From assembly GCF_964355755.1 (NCBI RefSeq), contig NC_092673.1:18101648-18165647 (forward strand): a stretch of DNA of 64,000 nucleotides. The letters run 5' to 3'. Of the stretch, positions 1 through 12,800 are shown one piece after another. Within the stretch, counting starts at the first letter, position 1, and each line of letters starts with the position of its first letter. Both the position numbers and the translations under genes were made by a program. This stretch comes from Antedon mediterranea (taxonomy: Eukaryota; Animalia; Echinodermata). The notes beneath the pieces were generated by a model. The model was not told where the DNA came from and searched no databases. It worked only from the letters and a program-made list of their open reading frames with translations.

Positions 1-850
1 TACACCATGCACTGTGGCTGCTGTGTACAATCTCACAATGTGTTGATTGACTTGGTACTGTACACCATGCACTGTGGCTGCTGTGTACAATCTCACAGTG
101 TGTTGATTGACTTGGTACTGTACACCATGCACTGTGGCTGCTGTGTACAATCTCACAGTGTGTTGATTGACTTGGTACTGTACACCATGCACTGTGGCTG
201 TTGTGTACAATCTCACAGTGTGTTGATTGACTTGGTACTGTACACCATGCACTGTGGCTGCTGTGTACAATCTCACAGTGTGTTGATTGACTTGGTAATG
301 TACACCATGCACTGTGGCTGTTGTGTACAATCTCACAGTGTGTTGATTAACTTGGTACTGTACACCATGCACTGTGGCTGCTGTGTACAATCTCACAGTG
401 TGTTGATTGACTTGGTACTGTACACCATGCACTGTGGCTGCTGTGTACAATCTCACAGTGTGTTGATTGACTTGGTACTGTAGACCATGCACTGTGGCTG
501 CTGTGTACAATCTCACAGTGTGTTGATTGACTTGGTACTGTAGACCATGCACTGTGGCTGCTGTGTACAATCTCACAGTGTGTTGATTGACTTGGTACTG
601 TACACCATGCACTGTGGCTGCTGTGTACAATCTCACAGTGTGTTGATTGACTTGGTACTGTACACCATGCACTGTGGCTGCTGTGTACAATCTCACAGTG
701 TGTTGATTGACTTGGTACTGTACACCATGCACTGTGGCTGCTGTGTACAATCTCACAGTGTGTTGATTGACTTGGTACTGTACACCATGCACTGTGGCTG
801 CTGTGTACAATCTCACAGTGTGTTGATTGACTTGGTACTGTACACCATGC
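1..850. repeat. 60-bp minisatellite, about 14 copies, truncated by the window start
   Basis: Unit tacaccatgcactgtggctg...cttggtactg repeats line by line. Confidence 0.97.
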
Positions 851-968
851 CAACTCGTACCCACCAACTCGTACCCAAATTTTGGCTTACTCGTACCCAA
901 AATTTTGGCTCACCCGTACCCATCATTATTGGCTAACCCGTACCCATCATTGGCTGGCCCGTACCCAA
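851..968. repeat. Short cgtaccca-based repeats, possibly a transposon terminal arm
   Basis: Six copies of (t/c)cgtaccca with variable spacers. Confidence 0.55.
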
Positions 969-2034
969 GTTTAATGCTATTTAAAGTATATTTATATAGG
1001 CCTATTACAGTTAAACCCAGTTTTATTACATTTTTAGATCATATGTTCGATATTATAATGGCAAAAACTATTTACCTAAGTATAATTTATGTACAGACTC
1101 ATACGAAAAAAGCACAGCTTTCATCGTATTTGGGTCGTAGTTAAATTAATACTTGAGGGCGCTGTTTTACATGGAAGATGTCAGTGGTCGGCTATGCTGC
1201 ATTCTATTTTTTTTCATTTATGAATAGTTATTGATCGATCTATTATTTACTACGAATAGCCTGTACACACTTTTCATTTTATTTTACAGATAATGAAGTA
1301 ATGTGCTTTTTGAAAATCGTTTTAAAAATGGTTTTTGTTGTTTTGTTTTAACATTTCGAAAATATTTAATACATTTTTAAGTAGTCACTCGTATTTTAAA
1401 ATCATGAAACTATTGTGGATACCAGCCTCATTTTTGCTGCTAAGGACCATTTTAGAATAATGAATCTAAGTAGATTATTGCCGTTTTTAAAACAAATTCC
1501 CTAGGACATGATGGATGTGAGAATAATAATAAAAGGTAACCTCCAATAATTTAACATTTAATTACAAACGACAACATTTGCTGTTATTACGTTTTCATTT
1601 TATAATGATTATTACTGTATTATTATGACTAAAAACCGAAATAAAATACTACTAAAACTAAAAAAAAATCATCTTATCGCTGACAGATACGTATGTACAC
1701 AGACACGTGTAGGTAGGCCTTCAGAACGTTTATATTATTTTAGTAAATAAGACGACATCCGTTGCCATGGAAAAACGAGTGTGGGTCATTTATTTGTAGA
1801 ATATTATAGAATGCGTATTTTTTTAAAAAAGGGAATCCCTCGTCAGCAAAAACACGTAGCTGTTATTGAGGAAACATCTACCAAAAATGTTTAATTGCTG
1901 TAAACAAACAGATAATTTTACTGAATTATTTAAGAAAAAAAAAAATAGAAAACGATCGTTTGGCGTTGTCTATTTTTTTTACACACTGTAGCTGTTATAG
2001 AAGAAAATCTGCCAAAAATGTTTAATTGCCTTAA

Positions 2035-2745
2035 AGTACGTGTATATGATCATTTCACTGAATTATTAAGAAATAAAATATATGGAAAACGATCATACGT
2101 CATTACTGAGTCGTCTCTTTGACGCCCTATAAATGCGTGTTTTTTTGTAATAAAAGGTTAATCCCGGTCAGCAAAAACACGTAACACGAAATCTACGCCC
2201 CATAGCCCTGCAGGCCTTACAGTACGTGTATATGATCATTTCACTGAATTATTAATAAATAAAATATATGGAAAACGATCATACGCCATTACTGAGTCGT
2301 CTCTTTGACGCCCTATAAATGCGTGTTTTTTTGTAATAAAAGGTTAATCCCGGTCAGCAAAAACACGTAACACGAAATCTACGCCCCATAGCCCTGCAGG
2401 CCTTACAGTACGTGTATATGATCATTTCACTGAATTATTAATAAATAAAATATATGGAAAACGATCATATACGTCATTAATGAGTCATCTCTTTGACGCC
2501 CTTTAAATGCGTGTTTTTTTATAATAAAAGGTTAATCCCGGTCAGCAAAAACACGTAACACGAAATCTACGCCCATAGCCCTGCAGACTTTACAGTACGT
2601 GTACATGATCATTTCACTGAATTATTAATAAATAAAATATGGAAAACGATCATACGTCATTTTTTTTATAATAAAAGGTTAATCCCGGTCAGCAAAAACA
2701 CGTAACACGAAATCTACGAGTAATTCGACCCCATAGCCCTGTGGG
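2035..2745. repeat. About 186-bp tandem repeat, roughly 4 copies
   Basis: agtacgtgtatatgatcatttcactgaattatt... recurs near 2035, 2221, 2407 and 2594. Confidence 0.9.
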
Positions 2746-2865
2746 CTTTTTGATTAAAACAGGGCGTCGTTACTTCAACCAATTTTAAATATACCAATAC
2801 AATAGAAACAATAATTACTTGATCGAATCATGGAGGTATACCTCCATGATCGAATGTAATCAGGT

Positions 2866-3260
2866 CAGCATACAGGTCATCTTCATTCAGTATCACCATC
2901 ATACAGGTCATCTTTATTCAGTAACACCAGCACAGGTCATCTTCATTCAGTAACACCAGCATACAGGAGTCATCTTCATGCAGTAACACCAGCATACAGG
3001 AGTCATCTGCATGCAGTAACACCAGCCATTCAGTAACACCAGCATTTATACAGGTCATCTTCATTCAGTAATATGCAGGCATACAGGTCATCTTCATTCA
3101 GTATCACCATACAGGTCATCTTCATGCAGACATAACACCAGCATACAAGTCATCTTTCATTCAGTAACACCAGCATACAGGTCATCTTCATTCAGTAACA
3201 CCAGCATACAGGAGTCATCTTCATGCAGTAACACCAGCATACAGGTCATCTTTCATTCAT
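2866..3260. repeat. Degenerate minisatellite of about 30 bp
   Basis: cagcatacaggtcatcttcattcagtaacac units. Confidence 0.9.
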
Positions 3261-3394
3261 TTAATGCAAAGGTTTCTGTCTGATGGAATTTATGTTTTAC
3301 ATTTCATACTTTCAGAAGAGAATGTGTAGGCTTACTTTTACACTAGAAGCTATCGGCATTAATAATTGTTAAATGAAGACACTGTATTTTTGCA

Positions 3395-3865
3395 ATGGAA
3401 AGGTACGTTTTTAACAATTATTTCAAACAAAAATAACCAGCTCCAATATGTGTTGATATTATTGAAATATGCAACTATTAAAAACAAATTAAAATGTTTG
3501 AATAGTTATATTGACATACATATATACATAACATACTTTATGATCAGAATTTATAATTCAAACAAAAAGAAAACACTTTGATTTTAAGATATTCTTTTGA
3601 GAAAAATACTTCAAACTTTCTTAAAAGATTATAAAATCCAAAATTATGAAATCATAAATATTACAATTAAAGGGCTTATTCTCATTAAATATAATATTAA
3701 TAATATTTCCATCAATCATCATTCTCATTAAATACACGGGTATAAATGGATTATTTCTTACATTTTGACAGGAAACATTTGGTAGAAGCTTTGTTAAGGA
3801 ATGATTTGAAAACAATTAAACAAATCTGTAAGACGCAACCAGGTCTTCTGAAATCTATCAATGAG
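3395..3865 (+). CDS. Start exon (ATG GAA AG) plus ankyrin N-cap exon
   Basis: 3395-3402|gtacgt joined to gacag|3772-3865|gtata gives MERKHLVEALLRNDLKTIKQICKTQPGLLKSINE, a helix-helix cap ending in phase 0 before NGDTPLH. An acceptor at 3315 implies an upstream 5'UTR exon. Confidence 0.65.
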
Positions 3866-6800
3866 GTATAAAAACAGATATATTTTTATAATATTATCAA
3901 AGAAGAAATTCTTTTCATTAAAGTTTAAAATTATAGAGGATGTAATTTTATTTAATAGTTTAAAGCTTTTTTACTTAATGAATTACAATTCTTTTGCATT
4001 ATCACACTGATGATGGAGGTATAACCTGCATGTACTGATTAACCACATTAGGCTAAAAATAATAATATAAATACACACTGATGATGGAGGTATAACCTGC
4101 ATGTACTGATTAACCACATTAGGCTAAAAATAATAATATAAATACAAACTGATGATGGAGGTATAACCTGCATATACTGATTAACCACATTATACACACT
4201 GATGATGGAGGTATAACCTGCATGTACTGATTAACCACATTAGGCTAAAAATAATAATATAAATACACACTGATGATGGGGGTATAACCTGCATGCACTG
4301 ATTAACCACATTAGGCTAAAAATAATAATATAAATACACACTGATGATGGAGGTATAACCTGCATGTACTGATTAACCACATTAGGCTAAAAATAATAAT
4401 ATAAATACACACTGATGATGGGGGTATAACCTGCATGTACTGATTAACAACATTAGGCTAAAAATAATAATATAAATACACACTGATGATAGGGGTATAA
4501 CCTGCATGTACTGATTAACCACATTAGACTAAAAATAATAATATAAATACACACTGATGATAGGGGTATAACCTGCATGTACTGATTAACAACATTAGGC
4601 TAAAAATAATAATATAAATACACACTGATGATAGGGGTAAACCTGCATGTACTGATTAACCACATTAGGCTAAAAATAATAATATAAATACACACTGATG
4701 ATGGATGTATAACCTGCATGTACTGATTAACCACATTAGGCTAAAAATAATAATATAAATACACACTGATAATGGGGGTATAACCTGCATGTACTGATTA
4801 ACCACATTAGGCTAAAAATAATAATATAAATACACATTGATGATGGAGGTATAACCTGCATGTACTGATTAACCACATTAGGCTAAAAATAATAATATAA
4901 ATACACACTGATGGGTATGGCAAGCCTCAGCTGTCTGGAGTATTCAAAATATTATATTATTATAATAATGATAATTATGATTTTATCACATTATTTAGCA
5001 GCAATTGTTGTTGTTTGTAAAAAAAAACCAATGTCTGTTGTCAGTATTTATAAACTTCATTATGATTCCTTTCCAGAATGGTGACACTCCATTACATTCA
5101 TATCTGAAGAGTGGTGTATATGCACCTACCTTAGAAATAGTGACTTGTCTCATTCAGCATGGGGCACCAGTAGCATTGCAAAATAAGGTATTGTACAGGG
5201 ATTTGCTAGTGTAATAGGCTAACATTGTATAGATATGCTGTGGTAAACCATTCTATTTTGTTCTACTCATTTATTAATAATGATAATTATGATTATTTAC
5301 CACAATATTTAGCAGCAATTGTTGTTGTTTGTATTGACAAAAAACAAACAATTTCACATAATGTCTGTTGTCAGTATTATACACCAGTAACATTGCAAAA
5401 TAAGGTAATGTACAGGGATTTGCTAGTGTAATAGGCTAACATTCTATAGATATGCTGTGGTAAACCATTCTATTTTGTTCTACTCATTTATTAATAATGA
5501 TAATTATGATTATTTACCACAATATTTAGCAGCAATTGTTGTTGTTTGTATTGACAAAAAACAAACAATTTCACATAATGTCTGTTGTCAGTATTATACA
5601 CCAGTAACATTGCAAAATAAGGTAATGTACAGGGATTTGCTAGTGTAATAGGCTAACATTCTATAGATATGATGTGGTAAACCATTCTATTTTGTTCTAC
5701 TCATTTATTAATAATGATAATTATGATTATTTACCACTTTATTTAGTAGCAATTGTTGTTGTTTGTATTGACAAAAAACAAACAATTTCACATAATGTCT
5801 GTTGTCAGTATTTATAAACTTTATTATGATTCCTTTCCAGAATGGTGACACTCCATTACATTCATATCTGAAGAGTGGTGTATATGCACCTACCTTAGAA
5901 ATAGTGACTTGTCTCATTCAGCATGGGGCACCAGTAGCATTGCAAAATAAGGTAATGTACAGGGATTTGCTAGTGTAATAAGCTAACATTATATAGATCT
6001 GCTGAAGTAAACCATTTAATGAGAGAAAAAAGTAAGCACATTAACAAAAATCAAATTTTATTAAAACAAACCAAATAAAAAAATAACTAAATAGTTATAT
6101 TTGATTTATGATAACTGATTTAAAGTGTACAGTTACCTATCATATAACATAAATCTTTAATTTTCTTAATGAACAAAAAAATCTATTTTATTTTATATAT
6201 TCAGTCATTAATTAACAATTATTGACAATGGTCTAATTAATTGTAAATATGAAATAAAATGCGACAACTACTAAACAACTAAAAATGTTTATGTTAAAAA
6301 AATTAATAGAATCTGATTTTAATAAAAAATAATTATTAATTAATAACCTGCTCCCTCCCTTACCTTAAAAAAATGCTTCTGTCATTCTATCCAGCTAATT
6401 ATAAACATGGCCTTAAACTACATCTGGAGATCCTTTTCCAACCTAGGATCTTTTTGTTCAAACATTTTGCCACAAAATGAAGAGAAATGTACACAATGTT
6501 TTGTTAGTTTTCAAAATCTAAATTGTTTGAGTAATGCAATTTAAAAAGAAAGGTACAGTAATATGAAATTATTCTTTTCAAACTGAATGCTTTTAAGAAA
6601 AGTTCTGTCTCTTTATCTTATGACTTTTTTGGAAATATGATTTCTTGTTAAAATATAATATACTAGTAAGTGCTCACAGATGCTTTTTGAATACATGAAC
6701 TTTGGTAGATAACTGAAAATTGCACTGTACACAAAGCAAATGAATACAGATATGATGGAATTTATGTAGTCAAATATAATTGTCATCCTGAGAATTACCT

Positions 6801-9800
6801 TCATTTTGTTTATTACATGGTATTGTTCACCAAATTCCTGTCTTGGTACATTTGATGATGGGATGGTATCAGGCTTCATGATATGATATGATTTTCATTG
6901 AGGCAAATGGTTTAAACTAAATTTGTTATCGTTAATATCTAACTTAACTTAAATGATATTGGTTTCATTGGGTGTTAAAAATCAGTACTAAAAGGATGTA
7001 CCAACTTTCTCTACCATTGAGTATAAATTCTAGAAGTTGCACTTAATTTACTGAAATTTCCCATTACCTAAATTTATATATAAATTCATTTAACTGCTTA
7101 TTGGTCTCATATTGTTAACATCTAAACATTTGTTTGTACAATTTTATGAAATATGTATTTTATTAATGTTCAAATTTTGTGATTGATATTGTACAGTAAG
7201 TAGATTTTAATGATTACTTACATTAAGTAATAGGCTAACAATCACTAGATCTGAACCATGGTAATATATTATATTTATATTTTGTTTTCATTTATCAATA
7301 ATGATAATTAGGATTTTATCACATTATTTAGCAGTAATTGTTGTTGTTTGTATTTACAAAAAAAACCAATTTCACATAATGTCTGTTGTCAGTATTTATA
7401 AACTTCATGATTATCATTCCTTTCCAGGGTGGTAACACTCCATTACATTCATATCTGAGGAATCGTGGATATACAACAACTATACCTACCTTAGAAATAG
7501 TGACTTGTCTCATTCAGCATGGGGCACCAGTAGCATTGCAAAATAAGGTAAATGTACAGGGATTTGCTAGTGTAATAGGCTAACATTCTATAGATATGCT
7601 GTGGTAAACCATTCTATTTTGTTCTACTCATTTATTAATAATGATAATTATGATTATTTACCACAATATTTAGCAGCAATTGTTGTTGTTTGTATTGAAA
7701 AAAAACAAACAATTTCACATAATGTCTGTTGTCAGTATTTATAAACTTCATGATGATTCATTTCCAGTATGGTGAAACTCTATTACATTCATATCTGGAG
7801 AGTGGATATACACCTACCTTAGAAATAGTGACTTGTCTCATTCAGCATGGGGCACCAGTAGCATTGCAAAAGAAGGTAATGTACAGGGATTTGCTAGTGT
7901 AATAGGCTAACATTCTATAGATATGCTGTGGTAAACCATTCTATTTTGTTCTACTCATTTATTAATAATGATAATTATGATTATTTACCACTTTATTTAG
8001 CATTAATTGTTGTTGTTTGTATTAAAAAAAAACCCAATTTCACATAATGTCTGTTGTCAGTATTTATATAACATGATTTTGATTCCTTTCCAGGATGGTG
8101 ACACTCCATTACATTCATATCTGAGGAGGCAATATAAACCTACCTTAGAAATAGTGACTTGTCTCATTGAGCATGGGTCACCAGTAGCATTGCAAAATAA
8201 GGTAATGTACAGGGATTTGCTAGTATAATAGGCTAACATTCTATAGATCTGCTGAAGTAAACCATTCAATGAGAGAAAAAAGTAAGCACATTAACAAAAA
8301 TCAAATTTTATTAAAAGAAACCTAATTAAAATAATAACTAAACAGTTATATATGATTTATGATAACTAAATCAAATAACATTTATCTTTTTTCTTAATGA
8401 ACAAAAACAATCTACTTGTAATTTGTTATATTCAGGTGAATCAGTATAATTTTGTTTAAATACTTTGTACCATAAAATAAATATATATTGCTCATATGTA
8501 GCTGTAAAGATAACAACAATTGAAAATGGTCTAATTAATTATAAATATGAAATAAAATGAGGCAACTACAGTATGTTCACAAATAATAAAATAGCAAACA
8601 AAAATGTTTGTGTTATTGTTAACAAAATTAATAGAATCTGATTTTAATAAAAAAGAATTAGTAATTGTTAATAACCTTGCTCCCTCCCTTACCTTCCAAA
8701 AAAAATACTTGCGTCAGTATATCCAGCTAATTACAGTTTGAATATGGCCTTAAAGAGATCCTTTTCCAGCATTTTTTTTTTTTGCAAACATTTTGCCACA
8801 AATGGAAGAGAAATGTAAATAATGTTTAGTTTATAGTGGTTTCCAAAATCTAAAAATGTTCGAGCAATGCAATTGGACATTTTTTTATATTCAGGTGAAT
8901 CAGTATAATTTTGTTTACATATTTTTGACCGTAAAACAAATATAAATTGGTCATATGTAGCTGTAAAGATAACAATGATTGACAATGGTCTAATTAATTG
9001 TAAAGATGAAATAAAATAGGACAACTACATTGATTAATAATAAAATAACAAATAAAAAATGCTTATGTCAAAAAAATAATAGAATCTGATTTTAATAAAA
9101 AAATAATTATTAATTAATAACCTGCTCCCTCCCTTGCCTTACAAAAAATGCTTCTGTCAGTCTATCCAGCTAATTATAAACATGACCTTAAAGAGATCCT
9201 TATCCAACCTAGAATATTTTTGTGCAAAAATTTTGCCACAAAAGGAAGAGAAATGTAAATATTTTGTTAGGGCGTGTGTCTATTGAAAAATAAAAAAAGA
9301 ATGGTTTTTTTTGGAAACCGGTTTCGGCAGTTGTTTATAAATAAATATCGCGTTGCAGCTCAATTTTTACTCCAATAAAACCGGTTCCGTCCATGTGCGT
9401 TATGAATGATGTCATTATACACACCACAATGCAGTTCGTTAGGCGGAGGCGCAATTGGATCAAGGTCATGTTTACTTTTCCAAGAATTGCATCCATTTCA
9501 TAGAAGGAGGCAGGTAATCCTGTCATTATTACCTGAAACGTTATTGTGGTCCTTGGTTAAAGTATAGGTAGGCCTACATCACACCCTCCGATATTGTCAA
9601 GTTGAACTCGTCTAGCTTTCACACGCTTTACAATATTCCTAAAAACATGTACGCAAGTCTTTCTTCCGACTCTCGGCAAGTCCCCTCACCGTTTTTTTGT
9701 GGGGACTCATTTCTGCTGGCAAGAAAAAACCGTTCTTAAAAAGAACGGTATTCAAAACCGTATCAATAGAAACAGGCCCTTAGTGGTTTCCAAATTTTAG

Positions 9801-12800
9801 CAGTAATTGTTATTGTTTGTATTGTCAAGAAACAACACAATTTCACATAATGTCTGTTGTCAGTATTTATAAACTTCATGATTATGATTCCTTTCCAGGA
9901 TGTCGACACTCCATTTTTCTCTTTTTACATGTAGCAAGTTGTTTGGATGTAAATATCAAAGTAGTCTACTATTGAACAGTTCCAGCTTTTTTTTTTTTTT
10001 TATTTCATTGGTATTTGAATAATATCCAAATATTATTTGCTGTGACATTTTGGTATTTATATTATTGCTCAAACATTTTAACAAATCTTCCTACTGTTCC
10101 AAAGTAAACTTGTATTCAATTTATCTCTCTCTTCCATCTTTCAATGTTGAAGGCGGTAGACGATAAACGGCAGCGCTCAAGTTTTGATACAGAAGTTATA
10201 GGTGGCGTTTATTTCTATTCACATCCTAATTTACAACCAATGTTAAAAAATAGTATATCTACGTGTTATCATGTGATGCTCTTTCATCCAATCGCTAGAT
10301 GGTAAATGTTTGAGCCATGATATAATACTGTATGTATGTGATGCGTAATTGAAGTGTGTTATATTGTATATCAATAATTTCTCAAAACTACTAATAACTA
10401 AACCCATTTTTTTAATAGGATGGAAATACACCTGTCTCTATTTTAGAAAGTAACAGGCTGATAAGTGACCAAAGAAAAACTGAAATTTTAAACTTCTTAG
10501 AAGGTAAGTGAAGTTTTAATTATTGAAATTTTAGGATCAACTAGTTTCATTGCAAACGATAAAGATTTGATTTCTCATCAAGTGAAGAAGAATGTCCAGA
10601 TAAAGAAAATTAACATTTATGATATATCATTCACAGGTTTATTATAGATTAAATGATTCAGTGGGATAGTAGTATACATGGAAGTTGTGATATGTTGCAA
10701 GATGTAAATTATTTTGCTATTAATACGATAAAAATAACACAAAAACGCACACTTTAAAATTCCTTTGAAATAAAAATATTAAATAAATCATTTTTCAAAT
10801 CAAATCAATCTCTTTATTCAATACATCAAAACAGTACACATAACAAAAATAAAGAGATTTTAATGATGATGATGATGATTTTAAGATGAAAGGGACCTCC
10901 AATAAACCTCAAGGGGCTTGTGATAGGAGGCCCACTTTAAACTAGTTACAATAATCGTATAGACGAATAGGCCATGGATCAACAGGGGATGCGCATTGTT
11001 AAGGAATATTTGAACTTTATTAATTGCACATAAATGTAAATGTAGATTTTTTTTTTTTTAATGTAATCTATTTTATATATAATGCTATTGTACAATTGGT
11101 ATTCGCATTCAAGGCAAACAATTTAAGATAGGAGGAGATAAATATTGAATATAAAAATCCAAATTTCTTGTTAAATCCCATTTTTTGTTTCCACAATGGA
11201 TGAATTTCCTTCACACACTTTAAAGCCAGCTTAAGAATACTATTTCTCTGTATGTAAAATTAAACATCATGCATAATGTATTTTACCTTCACTCCTACAA
11301 TTGTATTATCTTATACCAGGGGTGGATCTAGTCAACTTTATTAATTGCATATAAATGTAAATGTAGATTATATATTTTTTTTTAGATTGTCGATATGGGA
11401 CAAACACATTTTTTTTTTCTTGACGCCCGGAAATAGCATCTGAAGCGTTTTGGCTGGTCGATTCTTGTCATATAATTATCTAAATATATGTTGATATAAA
11501 GTTTGCGGTACACCATGTATATAAGTTTTGAAAAGAACTGTTGAGTTTCTTGATGTTTCGATCAATATTCTTTGATCGTCCTCAGGAGAGAGAATGCAGA
11601 AAGTCCAGGAAACTGGGAATATAAGTGGAATATGATATATAAATATAGTTTGGTTTTAAAGCCTGTTTTCTTGTCGATGCAGCGAGTTTCGTTGATTTGC
11701 GTTGAATTTTTTTTTGTTAAAGTTGAAAAAAATAATAACGATGATCGATCCGGATAGGTAATATTTACACATTTTTACATAATCGCGTTCATAGTTTCTT
11801 GGATCTCGTGAGCGTTGAAGTGACACGCGGATGTGAAGTTTTGCAGAACCAAGACCGTCCACAGCAGCCGTGGTCGAGTGAAAATTGAAAAAGTTACAGG
11901 TTTTGATGCTTCAATCCAGCCTAGGACATGTTTTCACTTATTAATCTAGGCTTTACACTAAAGACACATTAAATTAAATTGTTTTTATATTTTAATTCAC
12001 AAACTGTGATGACATAATTTGTGAACTATTTGATTGGTCAGTTGAAGTTGAATTCAGGTCAATGATTAAAGATTTTAACGTTTTTACCTCATCTTCCTGT
12101 AAAATTGTTGTATGTAAATGGGTGGCGTGTCAATGACATTTAAAAGAATATAAAACCCCCCACACCCCCCCCCCCCCCAATTTTCCCCTGTATATAACTT
12201 CCAAGCAAATTGTAAAGCAATACATAATATTTGAGCAGTTAAATTATTGAAAAATACACACAGAATAATAGAATATTATACAGGTATTGCCTGCTTAGAG
12301 GTTAAATATAAGATTTGACATCCCCGAGGGAATGTTCGAGGGAATATATATTTCCCGAAGCGCTAGTTCTCAAGAACATAATATCATTCCCAAGGGGTTG
12401 TCAAATCATATATTTTACCGATATAAAAGGCGATATCTGTTATATTACATAGCCAACAACAAGTTGAATATCTACTGCTGGGTCGGGGTTAGCTAGGCCT
12501 CCTTTGTAATAAGCCTGACTAGTTAAGTGTTGCATTCACCTTACCTTGCGAAGAATAATATAAAGATAATTACTAATTAATGATTCCTTGGCAATAAAAT
12601 ATTCACTTAGGCCTATGTCGTTTAAATTACCAGAAGAATTTTCATCAATAAGCCTACATTAATGATAATAATATTATTATCAGGTAGGCCGCAAAAATAA
12701 TAATTCGTCTTCTTCGAGGAGCCGAATCACCGGATGTTCAGCGCGCCGTTGTATTGTGATGATGGACAAATCATCGCGAGTTCAAGTCTCAGTAGATGAC

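Noticed and set aside
7-936. Cys/His-rich repetitive ORFs (MHCGCCVQSH...) resembling a metallothionein
   Set aside because: They are translations of a 60-bp minisatellite, open on both strands with TAG in two units, and show no codon-level conservation pattern
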